This document shows positions 20,522-31,004 of a stretch of 64,000 bases of DNA, one piece after another. The notes under the pieces are model-generated. The model searched no databases. It had not been told where the DNA came from and saw only the letters and a program-made list of their open reading frames with translations. Source of the DNA: Bdellovibrionales bacterium (GTDB lineage: Bacteria; Bdellovibrionota; Bdellovibrionia; Bdellovibrionales; UBA1609); NCBI GenBank assembly GCA_965205945.1, contig CBDBIB010000003.1, forward strand, positions 224,001 to 288,000, given 5' to 3'. Position 1 is the first letter of the stretch; every line of letters starts with the position of its first letter. Both the position numbers and the translations under genes were made by a program.

Positions 20522-21250
20522 ATGGCCCTTAAAACTTTTATCACTGTTCTATTTTATTTACTACCTACGGTGGTTTTTACTACGCAAACAGAAAATATTT
20601 CTGCACAAAAAATAGTCGACTCAGTTTCATTATACAATACAGCGCTTAAAAAATTTAATAATAATGAGTTGGGCTTTGCAAAAGGCTATATTGAGCAAAG
20701 TCTTTTTTTTAATCCTTTAAATTCTTTATCTCAAAAGCTTCACTTAAAAATTAAGAAGTCTTTGGCTAAAAATCTGGGTACACAAAGAAGGGAGGAGGTC
20801 TCCTTTCTTACCTATGTCTTTGACATGATTCCCTCATGGTTTTCTTATATTCTCTTAATTGGTGCTGCTTTACTGCTCTTTTATTCTTTAGCAAGGCTTC
20901 ATTTTAATGAGGCCTCTTTTTATAAGAAAAACCCCCAACAAAGCCTTAAAGTTCTTGGTTTTACTGCTCTTTTTTTTCTATCAGCATTACTCCATATAGC
21001 TAAAGAATCTTTTTACCTCACTAAATGGGCCTGCACCACAGCTCCTACAACTTTTTTATTTACAGGTCCTAGTGCTCAAAACTTTGTTCAAACATCATCT
21101 CTTTTAGAGGGAAGTTGTGTTCAAGTTGTTTCAATTCTACCTCAATGGGTTTCCCTTAAGCCCTTAAACCACCCTTCTGGATGGGCAAATTTAAAGGATC
21201 TTATGATTGTGCGTGACTATAAAATTGACCCCTCTTGGAACAAAGACTAG
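20522..21250 (+). CDS. BatE-like membrane protein (TPR-like repeat, TM segments, SH3-like C-terminus)
   Basis: YNTA...GFAKGYIEQSLFFNP repeat, two TM segments, C-terminal LEG..V...WV....SGW; ATG at 20522 (ORF track start 20450). Confidence 0.55.
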   Translation: MALKTFITVLFYLLPTVVFTTQTENISAQKIVDSVSLYNTALKKFNNNELGFAKGYIEQSLFFNPLNSLSQKLHLKIKKSLAKNLGTQRREEVSFLTYVFDMIPSWFSYILLIGAALLLFYSLARLHFNEASFYKKNPQQSLKVLGFTALFFLSALLHIAKESFYLTKWACTTAPTTFLFTGPSAQNFVQTSSLLEGSCVQVVSILPQWVSLKPLNHPSGWANLKDLMIVRDYKIDPSWNKD

Positions 21251-21259
21251 ACTGGCTTA

Positions 21260-21934
21260 GTGATGCTTAGACTATTTTTATGCATTTTATTTATGCCCTT
21301 AATATCTTTTGGAAAGCTTAAAAAAGCCGAGCTTGTATTTAAGCATGCAGAACAGTTATATAAATCTTCTCGTTACGAAGAGGCATTGTTAGAATTTCAA
21401 GATATTGAAAAAGAGTTTCCGTATTCAAGATTTTCAAAAATATCAAAATTAAAAATTGCTGATGTTTATTTTGATATGGCTAACTATGTTCAGGCTCAAT
21501 ATCAATATCAATACTACTTTGATCTTTATCCTAAAAAAGTTAATAGCGATTACGCTCTTTACCGTGTTGGATTAAGTATGTACAAACTTCTTCCAAAAAC
21601 AATTGATCGTGATCTTACCGGGACGGTTAAGATTTTAAAGGCATGGAGAAATCTTTTAGTTAGATTTCCTAATAGTAAATTCACACCAGAGATTTTAAAG
21701 AATCAAAAACAACTTCTTAAAAATCTTGGGAAAAAAGAACTTTATATTGCTGATTTTTATCTTAAACAAAAAAAATATATTAGTGCTCAAAAAAGACTTC
21801 ATAGTTTATTTAAACAGTTTCCGTCTTTTAAAGAAAATAAAAAGGCTCTTAAATCTGCCCTTGCATGTGCTCAAGGGCTTGGCGACGGTCCTGCAGTTAA
21901 AAAATACTTAAACCTTTTGCAAAAAGTAAATTAA
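21260..21934 (+). CDS. bamD: Outer membrane protein assembly factor BamD
   Basis: FPYSRF, YFDLYP, YALYRVG, DRD, RFPNSKF, KELYIADFY, YISA..R. Confidence 0.88.
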   Translation: MMLRLFLCILFMPLISFGKLKKAELVFKHAEQLYKSSRYEEALLEFQDIEKEFPYSRFSKISKLKIADVYFDMANYVQAQYQYQYYFDLYPKKVNSDYALYRVGLSMYKLLPKTIDRDLTGTVKILKAWRNLLVRFPNSKFTPEILKNQKQLLKNLGKKELYIADFYLKQKKYISAQKRLHSLFKQFPSFKENKKALKSALACAQGLGDGPAVKKYLNLLQKVN

Positions 21935-21937
21935 GTT

Positions 21938-22696
21938 GTGCAATTAACTCAAAAACAAACTGCACTTTTAAATTCCGCTAAAAGATATTTTGAAGAGGGT
22001 TTTTATGATAAAGTCTCTCCTCTTTTAAACAGCCTAGTTGTTCAAAGAGTCAATGTTGCTGATGTGTTTCATATGCTTGGAACAATTTACTACGAGCACG
22101 GTCAGTTTAAGGCCTCTATTAATAGCTTTAAGCAAGCATTAAAAATTGATCCGGATTTTACAGATAGTTCAATAGGTTTAAGTGTTGTTCTTAATGATCT
22201 TGGTAAATATGAGCAAGCGAGTCTGGTTTTTAAAGAAGCACAGAATCGGCTTAAGAATCAAAGTGCTAAGAACTCTATAAATAGCTTAACTCAAAAAATT
22301 GCTTTAAAGCACTTAGAGCTTTCTGAGCTTTATAAGAAAAACAAAGATTTACAAAGAGCACTTCAGAATATTATAATGCATGAAGAGTTTGTAGGGGAAA
22401 GCGAAGAAAGCCTTCTTAAAAAAACTTTTATTCTACGTGCTTTAAACAATTTTAAATCTTCAATCCAGCTTTTAAAAGCATGGCTTAAAAAAAATTCATC
22501 CTCTAATAAGATCAATATTCAAATTTATATTAGTCTTGTAGAATCATATTACTTAGATCGACAGCTTCTTTCTGCGTTCTTTGTTTGTGAAAAAGCTTTA
22601 AAAATAGCACCGGATAACTTAAAGCTTTTAAAAATATATGAAAATTTAAAAACAACAAAATTTAACCTTAGACAACCAGAAGGGATGACGCTATGA
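21938..22696 (+). CDS. Tetratricopeptide repeat protein
   Basis: ADVFHMLGTIYYEHGQFKASINSFKQALKIDP and further TPR repeats. Confidence 0.85.
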   Translation: MQLTQKQTALLNSAKRYFEEGFYDKVSPLLNSLVVQRVNVADVFHMLGTIYYEHGQFKASINSFKQALKIDPDFTDSSIGLSVVLNDLGKYEQASLVFKEAQNRLKNQSAKNSINSLTQKIALKHLELSELYKKNKDLQRALQNIIMHEEFVGESEESLLKKTFILRALNNFKSSIQLLKAWLKKNSSSNKINIQIYISLVESYYLDRQLLSAFFVCEKALKIAPDNLKLLKIYENLKTTKFNLRQPEGMTL

Positions 22697-23208
22697 AACT
22701 ACATGAGCAGGGGATGGTTCCTTTTTTAACTGCCAATGAGATACAAAAGCTTGTAAGAACTATAGCTCAGGATATTCAAAACAAACATCCTAACGAATAT
22801 CTTTATTTAATCTGCCCTTTAAAAGGTTCTATTATTTTTTTAACTGACCTATCAAGACATCTTAATAGTTCATTAGTAACTATTGATTTTGTTAAGGTGA
22901 AATCTAAGGGCAAGGGTTTTATTATTGAAAAAGATGTTGAGAGTGATTTAAATGCAAGGACTGTTATTATTGTTGAAGAGATTATTGATGCGGGGAAAAG
23001 CCTGTCGTTTTTAAAAAACTATTTGTCATTATCGTATCCAAAATCTGTAGAGATAGCATGTCTTTTAGATAAGCCTGCAAGAAGGGAAATGCCAATTTCA
23101 CCTGATTATACCGGTAAAACCATTGATGACAGATATGTTATTGGTTATGGCCTAGATTCTGATGAAGTGGGCAGAAACTATACTAATATTTATAACTTTC
23201 TTCAATGA
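22693..23208 (+). CDS. hpt: Hypoxanthine phosphoribosyltransferase
   Basis: LKGSIIF, PRPP motif IIVEEIIDAGKSL, LLDKP, YVIGYGLD. Confidence 0.9.
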   Translation: MKLHEQGMVPFLTANEIQKLVRTIAQDIQNKHPNEYLYLICPLKGSIIFLTDLSRHLNSSLVTIDFVKVKSKGKGFIIEKDVESDLNARTVIIVEEIIDAGKSLSFLKNYLSLSYPKSVEIACLLDKPARREMPISPDYTGKTIDDRYVIGYGLDSDEVGRNYTNIYNFLQ

Positions 23209-24110
23209 TTTTTAGCTGCGCAATCAACTTTTTTATTTTCAAATTCTAATGTTGAGTGGTTTATTTTAAACTCATCATTTAAAATAGTTCTTAAAGTTTT
23301 TTTAATCTTTTCTATATCCAGTAAACTATCTGTTTCAACTTGAATATGACCTTCTAAGGATCTTGTTTTTTCATGAATAGCCCAAATATGAAGATGGTGA
23401 ACACCCACCACACCAGAAACAGTTAAAAGCGCTTGTTTCACCTTAGCACTGTCAATATCTTCTGGGACTGCTTGCATTAAGGTTTTTATACAAGATCTTA
23501 TTAATCCCCAAGAGTGCCATACTACATAAATTGCAATAATAATAGTAGCTACAAAATCAACCCAATAAACCTTAAATAACAAAATCAAAGTTCCAGAAAT
23601 AATCACGACTACAGAGGCCATGGCATCACATAAATTGTGAATAAATGCTGCTCGTATATTGATGTTATCTTTAGAGCCCATATATGTAAGCCAAGCAGTA
23701 AACAGGTCCACGATTAACGCAATAAAAGCAACAAGGATGACCATCCAACCGTCTATGGGCTTGGGGTTTAAAAGCCTTTGACTAGCCTCTATTAAAAGAT
23801 ATAGGCCAACAAGAACGAGGGTGACACTGTTTATTAAAGCACCTAGAATTTCTGCCCTTCCGTAACCAAAGGTCATTTCCTTATCCGCAGGGCGCCCTGA
23901 AATTCTTTGAGCTAAATAGGCAATAATTAATGCGCCAGCATCACTAAAATTATGAAGAGCATCTGCGATTAAAGAAATACTTCCTGATAATATTCCACCT
24001 AACACTTGAATAACAGTAAGTAAAATGTTTATAACAATTGCTCCAAAAAGTGCTGAACCATGTTTATTGTGGTTTTGCTCACAGTGTGAATGTTCATGAT
24101 GATGCTTCAT
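23202..24110 (-). CDS. czcD: Cation diffusion facilitator (CzcD/ZitB-like)
   Basis: His-rich N-terminus, ADALHNFSD, TFGYGRAE, AAFIHNLCD, HHLHIW, HSTLEFE. Confidence 0.9.
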   Translation of the reverse strand: MKHHHEHSHCEQNHNKHGSALFGAIVINILLTVIQVLGGILSGSISLIADALHNFSDAGALIIAYLAQRISGRPADKEMTFGYGRAEILGALINSVTLVLVGLYLLIEASQRLLNPKPIDGWMVILVAFIALIVDLFTAWLTYMGSKDNINIRAAFIHNLCDAMASVVVIISGTLILLFKVYWVDFVATIIIAIYVVWHSWGLIRSCIKTLMQAVPEDIDSAKVKQALLTVSGVVGVHHLHIWAIHEKTRSLEGHIQVETDSLLDIEKIKKTLRTILNDEFKINHSTLEFENKKVDCAAKNH

Positions 24111-24875
24111 GGAAGGAGTCTATCAAATAATATTCAAATTTTAAAGAACCCTTTTTACTAGATTACGATTTTAAAGCTTTAGTGGTTAAACTTAAAGGAT
24201 ATTAGAAAGATTGTTTATATATCTATGTATTTACTCTATGGACTTTTCATTTAAGTTTTTAGTTTTAGAGGCTGACAATACAGGTCTTGAGTATAATCTA
24301 GTGTAAAAGGATTTAAGAGCGTCATTATACACAACTTTTTCGCCAAGGTTATCTAAAAATACTTTTACTTTAAGTGAAGCTTCTAAATAGTCATTAACTC
24401 TGTGTTGTTTGCCTAGACTAAGCTTTTTTTAGAGAAAGGGTTTTATTTAAGTATACGTCTTAAATTTGTTGATTCAAAGAGCGCCATAGTTAAGTACATG
24501 TTTAATCGAATTTGAGTAATAGTAAGGGCTTGATTTTTGTGATTATAGACAACCTGTTCATATTCAGCTAGGTTAGAATAATGAAGAAGACCCTTTTTAA
24601 CCATTTGGATTTGGGTAAGCGCTTGTTTAATCAACTCATACACAGAAAGTGCTTTTAAAGGTTTTGTTGTAAAAAATCTAAGATATTTTGAAAAATATTC
24701 AAGACTTTAAGAGGTTTTTTTAGTAATCTATTTTAAAGGGTGAGTATGTTCGTATATTTAAAATCTAATATTTTATACTTTAAAAAAAAACATTTTCTAC
24801 ACTTATATTTAAAAGTATTCTTAACTTTAACAAAGGCACTTGACTAAATAAGCATCTAACTATCTATATAGCGTC

Positions 24876-26738
24876 ATGAATAATAAAACCCCTAATTTTT
24901 CAACATTTTTAATTATAAATATCGTTTCTATTTTAATTTCTTTAGGGGTTATTCTAACAGCATTTAAATATATGCCTAACGTAACAAATTTTATTTCAGG
25001 TTTGTATTTTTTCTTTACTCTAATTAGCTACACTGGACTTATTTGGTTTTTGTTGTCAGTACTTTGTTTAATTGTTTATAAAATTTTTAACACCCTTTTA
25101 GCTCCTTCTTTGCTTATTGTATTTTCAATTATGGTACTTTTTTTAGATATTAAGGTGTATGCTTTATATCGTTATCATTTAAGTCGCGGTCTTCTTGAGT
25201 ATATTCTTTTAGAAGCTTCGGGTGAATTAAAAAGAGTTATTTATACACAGATTGTTCCCATCATTTTTGTTTTTTCATTTTTTGTTCTTATCACTTATTT
25301 TTTATTAAAATTTTTTATTAAAAAACTTAACAAACGTTTAAGGCCTTTGAATTTTCATTTATTTTATGCAGGCTTTCTTTTTTTCTTTTTAATATCCCAG
25401 ATAGCTTATGTATATGTTGATGTAATAAACTACATTCCTATTAAAAAATGGACTAAACATATTCCTTTATATCAACCTCTTACAGCAAGAAGGGCGCTTA
25501 TTAAGTTAGGAGTGATCAATTCATCTCACGTTAGAAACTTTGAAATAAAATTTAATTACAAAGACTCTTCTATAAACTATCCTAAGGAGCTTAAATGTGG
25601 AGAAAATAATGTTAAGCCTAATATTCTTTGGATTTTTATAGATTCTTGGAGATTTAAAGATTACAATAAAAAGACCACTCCAAATATTTATAAATGGGCT
25701 CAGACAAATGGTACACATGCTTTTAAAAATCATTGGAGTGTTGGAAGTGCAACGGCTCCAAGTCTTTTTTCTGTTTTTTATGGAATTCCAGGGTTTCACA
25801 TAAAATCTTTTACCGAATCTGGGGTAGCACCGATATTTATTTCAAAACTTTTAAAAGAAAACTATGAATTACAAATTTCTACAGGGTGGCCTATAGATAG
25901 CACCAGTTTTTCAAGAAATATTTTTAAAGAAGTCCCTAATTTACGAATGAATTTAAAAGAAAAAAAGGCTTGGAAAATTGATGCTTATATGAAAGATGAA
26001 GTCTTTTCTTTTTTACAAAAACGAAACATCAACAAACCCTACTTTTCTTTTATAATTTTTGATTCTGCTCATGACTACTCTGTGCCTGATAATTATGATG
26101 CCCCTTTTAAACCTTATGGTGATCGTATAAACCACTTTTCTTTAGGACCTAATACAGACCCTAAAGAGTACCATAATAGGTATAAAAACTCTGTTTATTA
26201 TATAGATTCTATAATTGGAAAGATTTTAAGCTCCCCACTTATTCAAGACTCTAAAAGACCTTCTGTGATTTTAATTACAAGTGATCATGGGGAAGAGTTT
26301 AATGATCTTAAAAAAAATTTCTGGGGTCACAATAGTAACTTCTCAACGTTTCAACTTAGAGTTCCTATGTTTATTAATTGGAATGGTCATAAATCAAAGT
26401 TTAAAACGGATTTAAAATCAAAGAGTTTAAAAAAAGATTTTAAACACATGACCACACATAATGATATATCCCATACATTCTTAGAAAATGTTTTTAACTG
26501 TTTGCTAAGTCCTCAGCAGTCTGTTGGGTTTAACTTATACTCTTTAAAAAAAAGATTTCCCTTGTTAGTGAGCACATACTCAAGGCATGGAATTCTTACA
26601 GAAGATAAAATCTATTCTTATGAAAGAACTCAAGGGTATGAGGTTTATGATTATAACTACAATGAGCTTAAAGATCAGAATGTGCCAAAACAGATCTTTA
26701 AGAAATATTTGCGTGAGAGTGTAAGATTTTATAATTAA
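24876..26738 (+). CDS. YejM/PbgA (LapC)-like membrane protein with sulfatase-fold periplasmic domain
   Basis: Five N-terminal TM segments, YRYHL, PLYQPLTARR, NILWIFIDSWR, DSAHDY, TSDHGEEFND, WGHNSNF. Confidence 0.82.
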   Translation: MNNKTPNFSTFLIINIVSILISLGVILTAFKYMPNVTNFISGLYFFFTLISYTGLIWFLLSVLCLIVYKIFNTLLAPSLLIVFSIMVLFLDIKVYALYRYHLSRGLLEYILLEASGELKRVIYTQIVPIIFVFSFFVLITYFLLKFFIKKLNKRLRPLNFHLFYAGFLFFFLISQIAYVYVDVINYIPIKKWTKHIPLYQPLTARRALIKLGVINSSHVRNFEIKFNYKDSSINYPKELKCGENNVKPNILWIFIDSWRFKDYNKKTTPNIYKWAQTNGTHAFKNHWSVGSATAPSLFSVFYGIPGFHIKSFTESGVAPIFISKLLKENYELQISTGWPIDSTSFSRNIFKEVPNLRMNLKEKKAWKIDAYMKDEVFSFLQKRNINKPYFSFIIFDSAHDYSVPDNYDAPFKPYGDRINHFSLGPNTDPKEYHNRYKNSVYYIDSIIGKILSSPLIQDSKRPSVILITSDHGEEFNDLKKNFWGHNSNFSTFQLRVPMFINWNGHKSKFKTDLKSKSLKKDFKHMTTHNDISHTFLENVFNCLLSPQQSVGFNLYSLKKRFPLLVSTYSRHGILTEDKIYSYERTQGYEVYDYNYNELKDQNVPKQIFKKYLRESVRFYN

Positions 26739-26914
26739 TTTTTACAAAATTTATTATATTCTAAGCAAATTTAAGACTTAGTTTTAGATAAAATCTTATA
26801 AAGCAAGCATATTTTATGGAATACGGACAGTTATTTTTTACCAAATAAAAATCTTTTATACCTATGGTTTTTATCTTATTAGAGCTTGACGACTTATCAA
26901 GCAGTGCTTAAATC

Positions 26915-27202
26915 ATGAGTATGATTAATCAAGAAGTAATAAAAAAAGTAGCCAAACTATCAAGCCTTCTTCTGACTAAAGAGGAAGAAAAAAGAATTTT
27001 TAAAGAGATGTCTAAAATACTAAAGCACTTTAAGGAGCTAGAAAAAGTTGATACAAAAGATGTAGAGCCTTTGTATACACCTGTAGATATGCAGAATGTA
27101 TGGCGTGTTGATGAAATTGCTGTGGAAGAGACTCTAGATTCAATGCTTGACGCTCTTGTTGAAACAATGGAGGGTCAGCTTAAAGTGCCACAGGTGGTGT
27201 AG
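26915..27202 (+). CDS. gatC: Asp/Glu-tRNA amidotransferase subunit C
   Basis: KVAKLS.L, VDTKDVEP, WRVD, KVPQVV; upstream of gatA. Confidence 0.93.
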   Translation: MSMINQEVIKKVAKLSSLLLTKEEEKRIFKEMSKILKHFKELEKVDTKDVEPLYTPVDMQNVWRVDEIAVEETLDSMLDALVETMEGQLKVPQVV

Positions 27203-27203
27203 A

Positions 27204-28688
27204 GTGTTGGATTTTAAATTTACTTGTATTAAGGATTATCATAAGGCCTTAAAAGAGGGCGCTATTACAACAGTTCAAGTTGTTCAAGATTGTTTTAAAA
27301 GAATTAAGGCAACAAAAGATTTAAACAGTTATATAACTTTAAATTTAGATAAGGCTTTTTTAGAGGCAGAAAAAATTGATGTTAAAATTAAAAAAGGTGA
27401 AAAGCTGAGTCTTTTAGACGGAGTGCCTTTTTCTATTAAAGATATGTTTTGCACGAAAAATCTAAAAACTACAGCAGGTTCAAAGATGTTAGCAGATTTT
27501 ATCCCTCCATATGATGCCACAGTTATTAGAAAATTAAAGAATTCTGGGGCTATAATTCTTGGTAAGGTGAATCAAGATGAATTTGCCATGGGCTCGTCTA
27601 ATGAGACTTCATATTTTGGACCAGTGTTAAACCCATGGAATAAAGAGCATGTTTCAGGTGGATCATCAGGCGGATCAGCTGTAAGTGTTGCAGCAAGGAC
27701 AGCACTTTGTTCTTTAGGCACGGATACGGGTGGATCTGTTAGACAGCCTGCACATTTTTGTGGAACAGTGGGTTTTAAACCCACTTATGGCAGAGTAAGT
27801 AGATATGGGGTTGTGGCTTTTGCTTCAAGTTTAGATCAGACAGGGTTTTTTTCATTAAAAGTTGAAGATTCCTTTAAAGCAGCACAAGTGTTGTCAGGAA
27901 AGGATCACTTTGATAACACCACAGCATCAATTAAAGTGCCTGACTGGATTAAAGAGTCTAAAAAATTTAATAGCGATTTAACTGGAAAAAAAATTGGTGT
28001 TGTTAAAGAGTATTTAGAATATGAAATTGATTCGTTTGTTGAAGAAACAAATAAACAAGCTTTAAAAGCTCTTAAAAAAAGAGGAGCCAAAATTGTAGAA
28101 ATCTCCCTTTCTTTGGCTCAATATGGAGTTTCAGCGTACTATTTAATTGCAACAAGTGAGGCTGCAAGCAACCTTTCAAGGTATGATGGTGTTAGATATG
28201 GACATAGATCAAAGGCTGGAGCAAAAGGGAGTCTTTCTTTAAAAGATTTTTATGCACAAAATCGTACGCAAGGTTTTGGAGATGAAGTGAAAGGAAGAAT
28301 CCTGCTTGGGAATTTTTCCTTATCTAGTGGTTACTATGATGCTTATTATAAAAAAGCTTGTCAGATTAGGAGACTGATTAGGCAAGAGTATATAGAAGCA
28401 TTTAAAAAAGTAGATTGTATTCTTACACCAGTTGCAGCTTCAACGGCGTTTAAATTTAAAGAAAATTTTAACGATCCACTTAAGAAATTTTTAAATGATT
28501 ACTTTACAGTGCCTATTAACCTTGCAGGCCTTCCTGGCTTAACAGTACCTATACAAAAAACAAAAAACCAACTTCCTTGTGGAGTGCAACTAATTGCAGA
28601 TCAGTTTAAAGAAAATGAACTTTTTCAAGTCGGTTTAGCATTAGAAGATGAATTTAAATTTTACAACGAGGTGCCGGGTGTTAAGTAA
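27204..28688 (+). CDS. gatA: Asp/Glu-tRNA amidotransferase subunit A
   Basis: Amidase signature KD...DEFAMGSS...GGSSGGSA...DTGGSVRQPA; likely GTG/TTG start at 27204/27207 (ORF track start 27147). Confidence 0.97.
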   Translation: MLDFKFTCIKDYHKALKEGAITTVQVVQDCFKRIKATKDLNSYITLNLDKAFLEAEKIDVKIKKGEKLSLLDGVPFSIKDMFCTKNLKTTAGSKMLADFIPPYDATVIRKLKNSGAIILGKVNQDEFAMGSSNETSYFGPVLNPWNKEHVSGGSSGGSAVSVAARTALCSLGTDTGGSVRQPAHFCGTVGFKPTYGRVSRYGVVAFASSLDQTGFFSLKVEDSFKAAQVLSGKDHFDNTTASIKVPDWIKESKKFNSDLTGKKIGVVKEYLEYEIDSFVEETNKQALKALKKRGAKIVEISLSLAQYGVSAYYLIATSEAASNLSRYDGVRYGHRSKAGAKGSLSLKDFYAQNRTQGFGDEVKGRILLGNFSLSSGYYDAYYKKACQIRRLIRQEYIEAFKKVDCILTPVAASTAFKFKENFNDPLKKFLNDYFTVPINLAGLPGLTVPIQKTKNQLPCGVQLIADQFKENELFQVGLALEDEFKFYNEVPGVK

Positions 28689-30108
28689 ATGGGAGGCGGT
28701 TATAGGTTTAGAGATACATGCTCAGCTTCAAACACAAACAAAAATTTTTGCAGGAGAGGGGAGTTTTTTTAAGAGCGCACCTAATAATAATATTTCAGTA
28801 GTGACATTAGGAATGCCAGGGGCATTGCCAGCTATTAATGAGAATGCCTTAAAGCTTGGTGTAAAGATAGGTTTAGCTCTTGGTTGTGATATTAAAAAAA
28901 AATCAGTTTTTTCAAGAAAACATTATTTTTATCCAGATTTACCAAAAGGATATCAAATCTCACAATTTGATCTGCCTATTTGTGAAAACGGTTTTGTTGA
29001 ATTTGCTTTAAATGGTGAGCTTAAAAAAGTAAGGATTCAACGAGCACACTTAGAAGAAGATGCTGGAAAATCTATTCATAGGGGCGGGTACAGTTTGATC
29101 GATTATAATAGGGCAGGAGTGCCTCTTTTAGAAATCGTAACAAAGCCAGATATAAGATCAGCAGCAGAGGCGGCTGAATATGTAAGAACAATTAGAGGTA
29201 TTGTAAGGTATCTTGATGCCTGTGATGGAGATCTAGAAAAAGGTTCAATGCGTTGTGATTGTAATGTAAGTGTAAGGCTTGCTGGACAAAAACAGCTTGG
29301 CACAAGAACAGAAATTAAAAATGTGAATTCTTTTAGATTTGTAGAAAAAGCAATTGAATATGAAATTTCTAGGCAAATTGCATTATTAGAATCTGGAAAA
29401 AAAATTATTCAAGAAACACGCTTATATGACTCAACTAAAAATAAAACTTTTTTAATGCGAGTAAAAGAAGATGCAATGGATTACAGGTATTTTCCAGACC
29501 CTGATTTGTTGCCAGTAGTATTAACTGATGAATTTATTCAAAATATACGAGACTTTATGCCAGAACTACCAAGAGCGAAAGCACTAAGGTTTCAAAAAGA
29601 CTACAAACTTCCTGAGTACAATGCATTGGTTTTAACAACAGATAAGACTATGGCCGTTTACTTTGAACAAGTAAGTCAAATTTGTCAGAATCCAAAATTA
29701 GCTTCAAACTGGATTATGGGCGAGCTGTTAAAGAATTTAAAAGAGGACAGTCTTGATTTTAAAGACATTAAAGTTAAAGCCACATCTTTAGGTTTGATGA
29801 TTAAGATGATTGATTCTGGTGAAATCTCTGGAAAAATTGCTAAACAAATTTTTCAAGAGATGTGGAAAAATGGAGGTGATCCTAAGATTATCGTGGAAAA
29901 AAAGGGTTTAGCTCAAATTTTAGATCCTGTAGTTATTAAGGCCATGGTAGATAAGGTACTTTTATCAAATTTAAATCAGGTTAAGCAGTATCAAAGTGGT
30001 AAGGTTAATCTTTATGGTTTTTTTGTTGGGCAAGTTATGAAAGAATCTAAAGGACAGGCAAACCCTGAATTGATTAATAAAATTTTAAAAGAAAGGTTAG
30101 CTATTTGA
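28678..30108 (+). CDS. gatB: Asp/Glu-tRNA amidotransferase subunit B
   Basis: VIGLEIHAQL, YFYPDLPKGYQISQ, HLEEDAGK, DYRYFPDPDL; GTG start at 28678 after GAGGTG. Confidence 0.97.
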   Translation: MLSKWEAVIGLEIHAQLQTQTKIFAGEGSFFKSAPNNNISVVTLGMPGALPAINENALKLGVKIGLALGCDIKKKSVFSRKHYFYPDLPKGYQISQFDLPICENGFVEFALNGELKKVRIQRAHLEEDAGKSIHRGGYSLIDYNRAGVPLLEIVTKPDIRSAAEAAEYVRTIRGIVRYLDACDGDLEKGSMRCDCNVSVRLAGQKQLGTRTEIKNVNSFRFVEKAIEYEISRQIALLESGKKIIQETRLYDSTKNKTFLMRVKEDAMDYRYFPDPDLLPVVLTDEFIQNIRDFMPELPRAKALRFQKDYKLPEYNALVLTTDKTMAVYFEQVSQICQNPKLASNWIMGELLKNLKEDSLDFKDIKVKATSLGLMIKMIDSGEISGKIAKQIFQEMWKNGGDPKIIVEKKGLAQILDPVVIKAMVDKVLLSNLNQVKQYQSGKVNLYGFFVGQVMKESKGQANPELINKILKERLAI

Positions 30109-31004
30109 AAACAGCAGCTCTAGATTTAGGAAGTAATTCATTTCTTTGTTTAATATCTGAAAAACAGCCAGATGGAAGTTTAAAGGTGTTAAGTGATGGG
30201 TCAATTATTACTCGAATAGGGGAGGGTGTTCAAAAAGAAGGAAAGCTTACAAGGCAGGGTCTTTTAAGGGCAGCACAAGCCTTTAGTAGGTTTAGAGAGA
30301 CTATGGACAAATTTGTTGTGGAGCGAGTTCAAGCGGTTACAACATCTGCGGCAAGAGAGGCCTCTAATTTTTTAGAATTAAAAAATCTTGGTGAACAGTA
30401 TGGAATTCCAATAAAATTAATTTCGGGGGAAGAAGAAGCACAGCTTAGTTTTTCTGGAGCTGTGTTAGATAAGGCAAAGGAAAACTCCTTACTTTTAGAT
30501 ATTGGTGGTGGTTCTACTGAAATAGCTTATTTAAAAGAGGATGGTGGGTTTTTTTTTAAAAGCTTACCTTTAGGTAGTGTAAGGCTTGGAGAAATGTTTA
30601 TTTCAGATTGGGCAGGTTTAAAAAAAAAAGATTTGGAGAAAATGAGGGATCAAATTTCTAAGGTTTTAGAAGTTTCTTGGGGTAAAAAAAGACCATTAGA
30701 GAAATCTTGGATTGCTGTTTCTGGAACTCCAACTTCTTTAAAGGCTGTTGAGTTAAAAGGTTTTGATCCTGCTGTAATCAACAATTCTGTTATGAAAATA
30801 AAAGATATAAAGCGTATTAATCAAGAACTTGTTGCAATGCCACTTTTTCAACGTAGGAAAGTTCCAGGCCTAGAAGCAAAGCGAGCAGACATTATTCCTG
30901 TTGGAGGATTGATTTTAGAGGCGCTAATGAATTGGGCTGATATTAAAAGTATTAGAATTTCTACAGGGGGTTTAAGGTATGGTCTTGCTAAAGATTTTGT
31001 GTAG
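30105..31004 (+). CDS. ppx: Ppx/GppA family phosphatase (short form)
   Basis: DLGSNS, TSAAREASN, ISGEEEA, DIGGGSTE, GLRYG. Confidence 0.9.
   Translation: MKTAALDLGSNSFLCLISEKQPDGSLKVLSDGSIITRIGEGVQKEGKLTRQGLLRAAQAFSRFRETMDKFVVERVQAVTTSAAREASNFLELKNLGEQYGIPIKLISGEEEAQLSFSGAVLDKAKENSLLLDIGGGSTEIAYLKEDGGFFFKSLPLGSVRLGEMFISDWAGLKKKDLEKMRDQISKVLEVSWGKKRPLEKSWIAVSGTPTSLKAVELKGFDPAVINNSVMKIKDIKRINQELVAMPLFQRRKVPGLEAKRADIIPVGGLILEALMNWADIKSIRISTGGLRYGLAKDFV

Noticed and set aside
26739..26914. Replication origin suggested by gene-orientation and skew change
   Set aside because: No dnaA and no DnaA-box cluster seen; skew samples further left (valS) are mixed.
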